Below, in pieces: positions 27,295 to 36,737 of a DNA stretch of 64,000 bases. The position numbers and the translations under genes were made by a program. Every line of letters starts with the position of its first letter. The stretch's first letter is position 1. Under the pieces are notes generated by a model. The model ran no database searches, was not told where the DNA came from, and was given only the letters and a program-made list of their open reading frames with translations. Source of the DNA: an uncultured Candidatus Saccharibacteria bacterium (GTDB taxonomy: Bacteria > Patescibacteriota > Minisyncoccia > Phycocordibacterales > UBA918); contig CAYXYJ010000002.1 of assembly GCA_964469295.1 (NCBI GenBank), forward strand, positions 15,641-79,640, in the 5' to 3' direction.

Positions 27295-29046
27295 TCAACT
27301 TGACGGTTCAGTAAAAATGCTCTCTGTGTAGGCCGGTTGTTGTAATAATCCAGAAACATGCCCGAGCGTCTCCATGGCTTTTTCGTTATCAATTCCCTCT
27401 CTTGACATGTGCGCTCGTACCGTTTGGATTGTTTGTTTGTAATAAGTGGTTCGAAAAATATTTAATTGGTGCAAAATCTCTTCATTACGCACTTTGGCTG
27501 TAAGACCATCAAACTGCGTTTCGAGTGTAAACGACAATTCAGAAATGAGAAAGGTTGGGAGAGTCGCTTTTAGAGCTAAAAGATTTTGTCCGGATATCTG
27601 CGTAATTTCATTTTCAAGCGCCCTGGCCACAATCGTGTCCGGCAATATTTGTATCACCGCAAGTAAATATGCAAGGTGTTTGTCTACCCTTTCAACCGGC
27701 TGACGAGGAGTTCTGGTCACCGGGGGTTTCTGATTTTCGTTAACCGTTGTCGCTATAGTTGCCTTTGTCATGATACGTTGTACTTCAAAATGAATGGCGT
27801 CTTTCGTCGTGGATAATGCTGTCGCAATCACTCCTTCAAAATGTTCTTGATCAATGTGATTAGGGATAAGTGGAACAAACGGCACCACTTCTTCTCGTAC
27901 CCGCAATTTATACGTGCGATCATCAGTAATTTCTCGTCGTAAATGATCTAGCAAAAATTCAATGACATGGACGGAATTAGCAATTGCCTGTTTAAAGCCT
28001 GGCAAATCAGCAATTACCATATCTGCCGGATCAGCACCATCAGTAAACCGAGCCACTTTCACGTCCATTCCCCGTCGCAACATGATATCTGCCGCTTTCT
28101 TCATCGCATTGATACCAGCTTTATCCGTATCAAGCGCCAACACTACGTTTTTGGACATCCGCTCTAGTAATTGCACATGATGGAGTGTTAGCGCTGTCCC
28201 CGAAACCGCAACCGCGGTTTTGTATCCGGCCTGGTGACTCATCACCACATCAAACTGTCCTTCCACCAATAGCCAAAACGGTAGTTGGCGTAAATGGTGT
28301 TTGGCAAAATCATATCCGTAGAGCAATTCCGATTTGTGGTATAGTTCGGTTTCTGGTGAGTTGACGTATTTTGGTGCCTTATCATCAGGATGTAAAATCC
28401 GACCAGAATACGCCACTATCCGCCCGGCATTGTCACGCAGTGGGAACATAATGCGATCCCGAAAAGTGTCAAAGGCTTCTTTTCCGGCATCAGCAGTTTT
28501 TATCAAACCAGTTTTTATAATCAGCGCATCAGAAAAGCCAACCGCGTTTAAATGGTTTTTTACTTCACGCCAGCCACGTTTTGGTGGCCCCGGCGCAAAC
28601 CCAATCCGCCATTTTGCAATAGTTTCTTTTGTCACTCCACGGTTTTCGAGATACGCCAACGCTTCAGCGTTTTGTTGTAATTCAGCTTCATAGAATGCCG
28701 TGGCGGCTTCCATAATGGCCGCCAATTTTTCTCGCTCCGTGCGCTTTTCGGGTTTTTCAGGCACCAATTCGACTCCTGCTTTTTGCGCTAAGGTTTTTAA
28801 GGCTTCTTTAAAATCAACACCATCAATCGCTTCAACAAAAGAAAAAATATCGCCTCCTACTCCACAACCAAAACAATGGTAGGTACCGCGGTCTGGTGAG
28901 ACATGGAATGATGGTGTTTTCTCGCCATGAAACGGGCAGCGACCTTTGAAATGCTTCCCAGCACGATGTAATTCAACATACGAACTAACCACGTCCAATA
29001 TATTAAGTCGCTCTTTGATTTGATTTACTGCATCGCCAGAAGCCAT
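27295..29046 (-). CDS. dnaG: DNA primase
   Basis: CHC2 zinc finger (CPFHGEKTPSFHV...CFGCG), TOPRIM region. Confidence 0.9.
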   Translation of the reverse strand: MASGDAVNQIKERLNILDVVSSYVELHRAGKHFKGRCPFHGEKTPSFHVSPDRGTYHCFGCGVGGDIFSFVEAIDGVDFKEALKTLAQKAGVELVPEKPEKRTEREKLAAIMEAATAFYEAELQQNAEALAYLENRGVTKETIAKWRIGFAPGPPKRGWREVKNHLNAVGFSDALIIKTGLIKTADAGKEAFDTFRDRIMFPLRDNAGRIVAYSGRILHPDDKAPKYVNSPETELYHKSELLYGYDFAKHHLRQLPFWLLVEGQFDVVMSHQAGYKTAVAVSGTALTLHHVQLLERMSKNVVLALDTDKAGINAMKKAADIMLRRGMDVKVARFTDGADPADMVIADLPGFKQAIANSVHVIEFLLDHLRREITDDRTYKLRVREEVVPFVPLIPNHIDQEHFEGVIATALSTTKDAIHFEVQRIMTKATIATTVNENQKPPVTRTPRQPVERVDKHLAYLLAVIQILPDTIVARALENEITQISGQNLLALKATLPTFLISELSFTLETQFDGLTAKVRNEEILHQLNIFRTTYYKQTIQTVRAHMSREGIDNEKAMETLGHVSGLLQQPAYTESIFTEPSS

Positions 29047-29152
29047 AATTGACCACAGTATACCTGATTTGAAAGTTTTTGTTTTTAATTGATTAATTTA
29101 ATAAATATAATATAATCAAAATCAGTATAATCCCCTATGGCTGGAGGACTAA

Positions 29153-29392
29153 GTGACCTATCTGTACAACACTTCACGTATTGCGACAAGAGCGTTACTG
29201 CAGGCGATTGTAACTTTGGCACCGATTCTTACGCTCTGTGTCGCCATCTTATTTTTTATCTTGGGTATCATGCTCGATGGCAAGTGGGCAGAAACGTGTT
29301 ACGTTATCGGTATCTTCCATTTGTTTGCCTTGGTACTCCTGTTCATTGATGCGTATGCGCATTACATCATCAAGACTCTCAAGTCGAAATGA
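29153..29392 (+). CDS. Small 2-TM membrane protein (GTG start)
   Basis: GGAGG 5 nt upstream of GTG 29153; TATAAT at 29126; two hydrophobic helices. Confidence 0.4.
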   Translation: MTYLYNTSRIATRALLQAIVTLAPILTLCVAILFFILGIMLDGKWAETCYVIGIFHLFALVLLFIDAYAHYIIKTLKSK

Positions 29393-29414
29393 AATCGTAT
29401 GCTGACGCATTAGA

Positions 29415-29447
29415 CGGCGGGCCATGACCTCATGGCCCGCCAATTTT
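29415..29447 (+). terminator. Rho-independent terminator
   Basis: cggcgggccatga cc tcatggcccgcc then aatttt. Confidence 0.6.
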
Positions 29448-29475
29448 ATATACCCCAATTCATGGTAACTTCACA

Positions 29476-29516
29476 GACCAGCAAAAAGCCACCCCTAGGG
29501 ATGGCTTTTTGCTGGT
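29476..29516. terminator. Bidirectional terminator downstream of rpoC
   Basis: accagcaaaaagccaccc cta gggatggctttttgctggt. Confidence 0.55.
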
Positions 29517-29525
29517 GCAGAATTT

Positions 29526-32500
29526 CTAACTATTCTTTATCGCTTCAATCATTTCATTTTTACGTGAACCCTTAAATCCAGTTCCGGCAGGAATCAATTT
29601 ACCGATAATCACGTTTTCCATCAGTCCAGCAAGGTTATCCTCACTTCCCTTCACAGCCGCATTGATAAGAACGCGGGTGGTGTTTTGGAATGAAGCCGCT
29701 GAAAGGAAACTCTTGCGTGAGAGTGACGTTTCGGTAATACCGAGAATAAGTTTTTCGGCTTTGGCAGAATCTTTACCTTCGGCCTTTAACTTATTATTAG
29801 TGTCGATAAAAATCCATTCTTCGACCACATCACCGACGGTAAAGTGACTGTCGCCGGCGTCGGTAACTTTCACTCGCGACATCATTTGCTTTACAATCAA
29901 TTCAATGTGTTTGCGAGAAATCGTTACTCCTTGCAGTTCGTAAATTTTGTTTACTTCAGAAATGATGTATTCCTGAGCTACTTCTTGACCGCCGAACTTG
30001 AATAATTCTGGGAGCAAGGCAGAACCGTCAGTCATGATTTGACCAGCTTTTACCGTTTCACCTTTCGCCACAGTAATCACGCGACGGTATGACACCACAT
30101 ATTCAATGTTATCTTTTTTCTTTGGTGCCCCCTTGGCGCCCATATCTGGAGCAATCACGATGACCGACTCTCGACCTTCGCGACGAATATCCACTACGAC
30201 ACCTTCACATTTACTCACGACGGCTGGAATCTTTGGTGAGCGCTTTTCAAAGACTTCCTCCACGCGCGGCAACCCGGACGTTACGTCTCCGCCGGCTGAC
30301 GCAGCTCCTCCAGCGTGCTTGGTGTTCATGGTGAGCTGGGTACCCGGTTCACCAATCGCTTGGGCAGCAACCGTTCCAACCGCTTCACCAATATCAACAA
30401 TCTTGTTCGTCGTGAGGTCAATACCGTAACATTTTTGACAAACCCCACGGAGAGTCTTACAGGTCATTGGTGACCGTACAATTACTTCACCACACGTTGA
30501 TCCTTCAATCGCAATCGCGTCCCGTCGTGACAACAAATGACCTTTCGGGAAGATGACATTGCCTTTACTATCAACCGCGTCTTCGGCCAAAATACGTCCC
30601 TTAATCGCTTTACTAAAGGCAATTTCGATACCTGACGCACTGATGCGACTAATGCGAGTACCTTCTTTGGTTTTACAATCCTCTTCGGTCACAATCGCAT
30701 CTTGAGCTACTACGAAGAGACGACGAGTCAAATACCCGGCTTTTGCTGTCTGGAGCGCCGTGTCCGCGAGACCCTTACGCGAACCGTGGGTCGTGTTGAA
30801 GTATTCAAGCGGTGACATTCCTTCTTTCATTGATGACAAAATTGGGAATTCCAATGTTTCACCGCGAGTGTTTACAATCAGTCCTTTCATACCAGCCATC
30901 TGCGCAATCTGTCCGAGTGATCCACGAGCACCAGACTTCCACATCTCATACGCTGAACCATTATGATCGAGTGTCTCTGGCAAAATCTTTTCAATTTGCG
31001 TTTTAGCACGGTGCCAAATTTCCACAATCATGCGTCGTCGTTCTTCACGAGAAATCAATCCTTCATCATAGAACGCAAAGACGCGACGTTCTTCTTCTCG
31101 TGACGCATCAATAATTTGTTGCTTTTCTTTGGGAATTTTTACTTCATCAATCCCCCATGTCGTGCCTGATACGGTGGCGTATTTGAATCCGAGCTTCTTT
31201 AACTTGTCGACAATCGCTGGTACGGCTTCTGGTCCGCGATCATCAATGATGTCGATAATGATATCGAAAATCATGCGTTGTACCACGACATCATTGATAA
31301 AGAGATGATCTGACGGCAATACCGAGTTGAATAACAACCGACCAACCGTGGTTTCAAACACCTTACCATCAAATTGTCGGTACTTTTCAGTATCCGTAGC
31401 GAGGACTTTGACTTTGGCACGGAAATCAATAATACCGTAATCGTACGCGTTAATCGCATCATTTGGTGACGCAAAATACTTTCCTTCACCAAGCGCTCCC
31501 TCAACGACTTTGGTCATCCAATAGGCACCGAGGGCAAGGTCAAGCAACTTTTCTGATACCACTGGTTCTGATGAACCCGGCTTCAAAATGTTCTTATTAG
31601 CAGAAATAATTTCTCGAGCCTCAGTCTGCGCTTCTTCACCCAAAGGAACGTGGACCGCCATTTGGTCACCGTCAAAGTCAGCGTTAAAGGCACGACAAAC
31701 GAGCGGGTGCACTTGAATCGCGTTTCCTTCGATCAATACTGGACGGAACGCTTGGATACCTTGGCGGTGCAGTGTCGGTGCACGGTTAAGGAGTACGTGC
31801 TTGTGTTTGATAATGTTTTCAAGAATGGCCCATACTTCTGGCACGCCATCTTCGATGAGACGACCAGCACCACGAATGTTATAGGCTAACTCTTGTTTCA
31901 ATAACTCCGCAATCACAAACGGACGGAACAATTCAAGCGCCATGTGTTTTGGCAATCCACATTGATCAAGTGCTAAATCTGGACCAATCACAATCACCGA
32001 ACGCCCTGAATAATCAACACGCTTACCGAGTAGGTTTTGGCGGAAGTATCCCTGCTTACTCTTGAGGTAATCTGAAAGTGATTTAAGTGGGCGACGTTGC
32101 GCTTGTCCAAGAGCCGAATATGCGGCATTTCCGTGACGGATTGAATTATCAATGAGCGCATCAACCGCCTCTTGCAAGATACGCTTTTCGTTACGCAAGA
32201 TAACGTCCGGCGCCATGATATCGATTAGTTTCTTTAGACGATTGTTACGGTTAATCACGCGACGGTACAAGTCGTTAAGGTCTGATGAAGCATGACGACC
32301 CCCCTCAAGCGCCACCATTGGACGAATCGCTGGCGGAATCACTGGCAACCGATTCAAGAACATCCATTCTGGTTTTACCCCAGCATGAATCATCCCTTTA
32401 ACCAGCGATAACCGCTTGTCAATTTTTGCTCGCTCCATGGCTCCGGCTTTTTCGCGCGCTTCTTCAAGTTGCACTTGTAACTTTGCTAAATCCAAATTCT

Positions 32501-33188
32501 TAAACAACTCGTAGATTGATTCGGCACCAATCTTGGCTTCAAACAACGTACTGTATTTGATGGAATACTTATGGAAGTTGGTTTCATCAAGTACCATACC
32601 TGGCACGATACTTTCGATTTCGTGCTTCATGTCTTCCATGCGTGTTTTGAGCGCATCACGAGCGTCTTCGTTTTGTAGCTCTTTCATTCGTGACTTAAAT
32701 TCAGTATCAAGTTCTTTCAAGAGTCGAGCGCGCTCGTCTTCTCGCACTTTGGTAACGATATAGCCAGCAAAGTAAATAACCTTTTCAATAGCTGATGCCG
32801 TGATACCCATCAACAAGGCAATTCGTGATGGAACACCACGTAAAAACCAAATGTGTGATACCGGTACACACAAATCAATGTGTCCCATACGTTCGCGGCG
32901 AACGATAGCGCGAGTGATTTCCACTCCACACTTTTCACAAACAATACCCTTGTACCGAATGCCACGATACTTTTTACATGAACATTCATAATCTTCAACC
33001 GGACCGAAAATTCGTTCATCGAACAATCCGTGTTTTTCTGGTCGTTGGGTACGGTAGTTAATTGTTTCTGGTTTTGTAACTTCTCCATATGACCATTCGA
33101 GAACGGTTTCTGGTGACGCAAGCTTGAGACCAATCTCCGTGAACTGGTTTGGCGTCAAAGCTGGTTTCTTTGGTGAAAATGTTGACAT
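29526..33188 (-). CDS. rpoC: DNA-directed RNA polymerase subunit beta'
   Basis: [12 protein letters not shown] catalytic motif, zinc-binding Cys clusters; 1220 aa. Confidence 0.95.
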   Translation of the reverse strand: MSTFSPKKPALTPNQFTEIGLKLASPETVLEWSYGEVTKPETINYRTQRPEKHGLFDERIFGPVEDYECSCKKYRGIRYKGIVCEKCGVEITRAIVRRERMGHIDLCVPVSHIWFLRGVPSRIALLMGITASAIEKVIYFAGYIVTKVREDERARLLKELDTEFKSRMKELQNEDARDALKTRMEDMKHEIESIVPGMVLDETNFHKYSIKYSTLFEAKIGAESIYELFKNLDLAKLQVQLEEAREKAGAMERAKIDKRLSLVKGMIHAGVKPEWMFLNRLPVIPPAIRPMVALEGGRHASSDLNDLYRRVINRNNRLKKLIDIMAPDVILRNEKRILQEAVDALIDNSIRHGNAAYSALGQAQRRPLKSLSDYLKSKQGYFRQNLLGKRVDYSGRSVIVIGPDLALDQCGLPKHMALELFRPFVIAELLKQELAYNIRGAGRLIEDGVPEVWAILENIIKHKHVLLNRAPTLHRQGIQAFRPVLIEGNAIQVHPLVCRAFNADFDGDQMAVHVPLGEEAQTEAREIISANKNILKPGSSEPVVSEKLLDLALGAYWMTKVVEGALGEGKYFASPNDAINAYDYGIIDFRAKVKVLATDTEKYRQFDGKVFETTVGRLLFNSVLPSDHLFINDVVVQRMIFDIIIDIIDDRGPEAVPAIVDKLKKLGFKYATVSGTTWGIDEVKIPKEKQQIIDASREEERRVFAFYDEGLISREERRRMIVEIWHRAKTQIEKILPETLDHNGSAYEMWKSGARGSLGQIAQMAGMKGLIVNTRGETLEFPILSSMKEGMSPLEYFNTTHGSRKGLADTALQTAKAGYLTRRLFVVAQDAIVTEEDCKTKEGTRISRISASGIEIAFSKAIKGRILAEDAVDSKGNVIFPKGHLLSRRDAIAIEGSTCGEVIVRSPMTCKTLRGVCQKCYGIDLTTNKIVDIGEAVGTVAAQAIGEPGTQLTMNTKHAGGAASAGGDVTSGLPRVEEVFEKRSPKIPAVVSKCEGVVVDIRREGRESVIVIAPDMGAKGAPKKKDNIEYVVSYRRVITVAKGETVKAGQIMTDGSALLPELFKFGGQEVAQEYIISEVNKIYELQGVTISRKHIELIVKQMMSRVKVTDAGDSHFTVGDVVEEWIFIDTNNKLKAEGKDSAKAEKLILGITETSLSRKSFLSAASFQNTTRVLINAAVKGSEDNLAGLMENVIIGKLIPAGTGFKGSRKNEMIEAIKNS

Positions 33189-33201
33189 AGTCTAGCGCAG
33201 A

Positions 33202-36200
33202 TTAATTGGTCTCATAAATTGATTCATCCCGTGATCGTCGTGGTGGTCGTTCACCTTCTTCGCGGTCAAGGCGTACATCCAGTGATAGTCCACGCAATTG
33301 ATTCACGAGTACATTAAAGGCAGCTGGTGTATGTGGATGTGGGATTTTTTCGCCACGCACAATCGCGTCAAAGGCGGCTGACCGTCCAACAATATCATCA
33401 GATTTAATGGTGAGCATTTCACGAAGCGTGTGTGCGGCACCATATCCGAGAAGGGCCCAGACTTCCATTTCTCCAAATCGTTGTCCACCGATTTGTGCCT
33501 TTCCGCCAAGCGGCTGTTGCGTAATCAGTGAGTACGGTCCAATCGATCGCATATGGATCTTGTCTTCCACCATGTGGTGCAGTTTCAAAATGTACATGAT
33601 ACCAACGGCTGTTTTTTGCGCAAAGGCATCGCCAGTACGCCCATCGCGGAGTTGGATTTTTCCGTCTTCAGGGAAACCAGCGGCTTTCAACTCGGCTTTT
33701 ACGTGGTTTTCATCAACTCCACCAAATGGTGGTACGACGGCTTGATAGCCGAGCGTCCCCGCAGCCATACCAAGGTGCAATTCCAAAATCTGCCCGAGGT
33801 TCATACGGGATGGTACTCCCAGTGGAGTCAACAGAATATCAATTGGTCGACCATCTTCGGTGTATGGCATATCTTCTTCTGGCAAAATGCGAGAAATTAC
33901 ACCCTTGTTTCCGTGCCGTCCAGCCAATTTGTCGCCCACTGACACATTACGTACCTGTGCGACGGTCACGTGAATACGTTTAATCACGCCACTTTCTAAC
34001 TGATCACCATTTTCTCGCGAAAATACTTTGACACCAATCACACGACCACGCTTACCTGCTTCCAGACGAAGTGAGGTATCTTTTACATCTTTCGCTTTCT
34101 CACCAAAGATACTGCGGAGCAACCGTTCTTCTGGTGTGAGTTGGGTTTCACCTTTTGGCGTAACCTTACCAACCAAAATATCACCCGGACGGACTTCGGC
34201 ACCAATGCGGATAATACCGTTTTCATCGAGATTACGCAGTTTCAATTCACTGACGTTTGGAATATCGGGAGTGGTTACTTCCGGCCCCAGCTTCGTATCT
34301 CGCACCGATACTTCAAGTTCATCAAGGTGAATACTGGCAAACTTGCTGTTCTTAACGAGACGTTCAGAAATAACAATCGCATCTTCGTAGTTTGCGCCAT
34401 TCCAAGACATAAACGCTACCAAAGCGTTTTGTCCGACGGCGAGTTGCCCATGATCCGTTGATGTTGTATCCGCCAACAAATCGCCTCGTTTTACTTTATC
34501 TCCAACCGTCACCACTGGACGATGATAAAACGCTGAGAAATCGTTGGTGCGTTCGAGCGTCGTTAATGGATAGTCACGCTTCTTTCCTTCTTTGTTTTTG
34601 ACCACAATATGAAGAGCATCACATTCCACTACTTCACCAGCTTCATGCGCGTAAATAATTCGTCCACTATCTCGAGCCGCTACCCCTTCAACACCGGTTG
34701 CCACAATTGGTGCTTCGGTGATAAGTAGTGGTGTCGCTTGCTTTTGCATGTTTGAACCCATGAGCGTTCGGTTCGCGTCGTCATGGTTCAAAAATGGAAT
34801 CATTGATGTCGCAATTGAAAAGCCTTGGTTCGTAGCGACGTCCATGTATTCAATATCGTCACGTGATACCGTGCGAGAATCACCACGCTTGCGCGCTTCA
34901 ACTAACTTGTTAGTAATTTTTCCATCTTTATCCAATTCAACGGCTGCGTGCGCAATAGTGAACTTTTCTTCTTCATGCGCATTCATATAGATCACTTCGC
35001 CAGTAACGCGACCTTTCACCACCTTTACATAGGGAGTTTCAATAATGCCAAAACGATTGACTCGAGCATACATTGACAGACGAAGAATCAGACCGATATT
35101 TGGTCCTTCTGGCGTATGGATTGGACAGAGACGACCATAGTGTGAGGTGTGGACGTCACGTACTTCAAAACCAGCGCGCTCACGAGTGAGTCCGCCCGGC
35201 CCCAGCGCTGAGAGGGTGCGGAGGTGTTCGATTTCAGCCAGGTTATTTTGTTGCTGTGAAAATTGTGACAATTGGTTAGTCGAGAAAAATTCTTTAATCG
35301 CAGCCTGAAGTGGTCGCGGATTAAGAATTTGCATTGGCAAAGACGTTTCCGCTTCAATCGTTGACATGCGGTCTTGAATATTTCGCTTCATGCGTGTCAT
35401 ACCAACCCGGACACGTTGTTGCAACATTTCACCAAAGTACCGTACACGGCGGAAGCCAAGGTGATCGATATCGTCAGGCAACGCCATCGGATCATGATTC
35501 ATTTCGATAATATTTTTCAAAATGAGTTTCATGTCTTCGATTGACACAGTTCGGACATCAGTTGCTTTTTTATCTACTGGCAAACCATATCGTTCATTAA
35601 AGTGATGGCGGCCGATTTCAGACAAATCGTAGCGTTCTGGAGCAAAGAGTGAGCGTACAAATTCACGAGCGTTTTCAACCGTCGCCAAATCTCCATCACG
35701 AAGTCGTTTATAGATTTCGATAAATGAATCATCAGCGGTTTTGGCTGGGTCTTTGGCAATGGTAGCCTTCATGTATTCTTCACCACGCTCCACTCCTTTC
35801 ATGAGGGCAATCATGTCTTTATCAGATTCAACGCCAAGGACACGAAGCAGTGATGAGATTGGGAATTTCTTTTTTCGATCGATTTTAACGTAAATAACGC
35901 CGTCGCCGTCGGATTCGATTTCTACCCACGCACCGCGCGCCGGAATGATTTTGGCACCAAAAAGCGTTCGCCCTTTATTTTCTGCCGCCGTAAAAAAGAT
36001 ACCGTACGAGCGAGCAAGTTGAGGTACAATCACCCGTTCAACACCATTAATGATGAAGGTTCCATTTTCGGTCATGAGTGGCATATCTGCCAAAAACATT
36101 TCTTGATCTTTTTCGCCTTCAAAGGTTTTATTCTTCAAAATCACTTGAGCACGGAGCGGAGCGTCATAGGTAATTTTATTTGCTTTGGCAAATTCAGGCG

Positions 36201-36441
36201 TACATTTCGCTTCACCTAATTCGTACTTTTTAAAGCGCAACTCAAACTTCTTTTCTGAATAGTCACTAATTGGTGAAAACTCAGTAAAAATTTCCTTTAA
36301 AGCGGTTTCAATAAACCACTTAAAAGACTCGCGCTGTGGTTCGATGAGATCCGGTACTTCAATCATCGCGTCAGAACTCACCGCAAACTTCTTTTGCGGC
36401 ATGGCTCCAACAGTAGAATAGTCTTCGTACTTTAATTGCAT
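33202..36441 (-). CDS. rpoB: DNA-directed RNA polymerase subunit beta
   Basis: MIEVPDLIEPQRESFKWF N-terminal region and conserved beta motifs. Start is ambiguous: 36441, 36402 or 36483. Confidence 0.95.
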   Translation of the reverse strand: MQLKYEDYSTVGAMPQKKFAVSSDAMIEVPDLIEPQRESFKWFIETALKEIFTEFSPISDYSEKKFELRFKKYELGEAKCTPEFAKANKITYDAPLRAQVILKNKTFEGEKDQEMFLADMPLMTENGTFIINGVERVIVPQLARSYGIFFTAAENKGRTLFGAKIIPARGAWVEIESDGDGVIYVKIDRKKKFPISSLLRVLGVESDKDMIALMKGVERGEEYMKATIAKDPAKTADDSFIEIYKRLRDGDLATVENAREFVRSLFAPERYDLSEIGRHHFNERYGLPVDKKATDVRTVSIEDMKLILKNIIEMNHDPMALPDDIDHLGFRRVRYFGEMLQQRVRVGMTRMKRNIQDRMSTIEAETSLPMQILNPRPLQAAIKEFFSTNQLSQFSQQQNNLAEIEHLRTLSALGPGGLTRERAGFEVRDVHTSHYGRLCPIHTPEGPNIGLILRLSMYARVNRFGIIETPYVKVVKGRVTGEVIYMNAHEEEKFTIAHAAVELDKDGKITNKLVEARKRGDSRTVSRDDIEYMDVATNQGFSIATSMIPFLNHDDANRTLMGSNMQKQATPLLITEAPIVATGVEGVAARDSGRIIYAHEAGEVVECDALHIVVKNKEGKKRDYPLTTLERTNDFSAFYHRPVVTVGDKVKRGDLLADTTSTDHGQLAVGQNALVAFMSWNGANYEDAIVISERLVKNSKFASIHLDELEVSVRDTKLGPEVTTPDIPNVSELKLRNLDENGIIRIGAEVRPGDILVGKVTPKGETQLTPEERLLRSIFGEKAKDVKDTSLRLEAGKRGRVIGVKVFSRENGDQLESGVIKRIHVTVAQVRNVSVGDKLAGRHGNKGVISRILPEEDMPYTEDGRPIDILLTPLGVPSRMNLGQILELHLGMAAGTLGYQAVVPPFGGVDENHVKAELKAAGFPEDGKIQLRDGRTGDAFAQKTAVGIMYILKLHHMVEDKIHMRSIGPYSLITQQPLGGKAQIGGQRFGEMEVWALLGYGAAHTLREMLTIKSDDIVGRSAAFDAIVRGEKIPHPHTPAAFNVLVNQLRGLSLDVRLDREEGERPPRRSRDESIYETN

Positions 36442-36602
36442 AACGTATGAATAATGACACCACCAAACACACAAAAAGCACACGTGTCCGTGCTCTCTAT
36501 CATGTATTAGCGGTAGGCTTGTAATATTGTCATCACGCTCGTGATTTGTACCTCCGCGACATCTCCCAATCGAAACTCATTCGAGACTGCGTTTGTGCCG
36601 GT

Positions 36603-36630
36603 ATTATACTGACTTTATATTTTTTTGCAA
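36603..36630 (-). promoter_or_regulatory. Consensus promoter for rpoBC (minus strand) with ~150-nt leader
   Basis: minus strand: TTGCAA, 16 nt, TATAAT. Confidence 0.5.
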
Positions 36631-36737
36631 GCTAAAAACTTAGGATACTTACCTATTCATCACTACATAACGCCTGCAAAACCCGTTTTTCACCGACTGC
36701 ATCATGAATATACGGTGAGTAGGAAAAGAAAATAGCG

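Noticed and set aside
29137-29349. 70-aa ORF starting at ATG 29137 right after TATAAT
   Set aside because: The product is not protein-like. The overlapping frame from GTG 29153 has a GGAGG SD and encodes a clean 2-TM protein.
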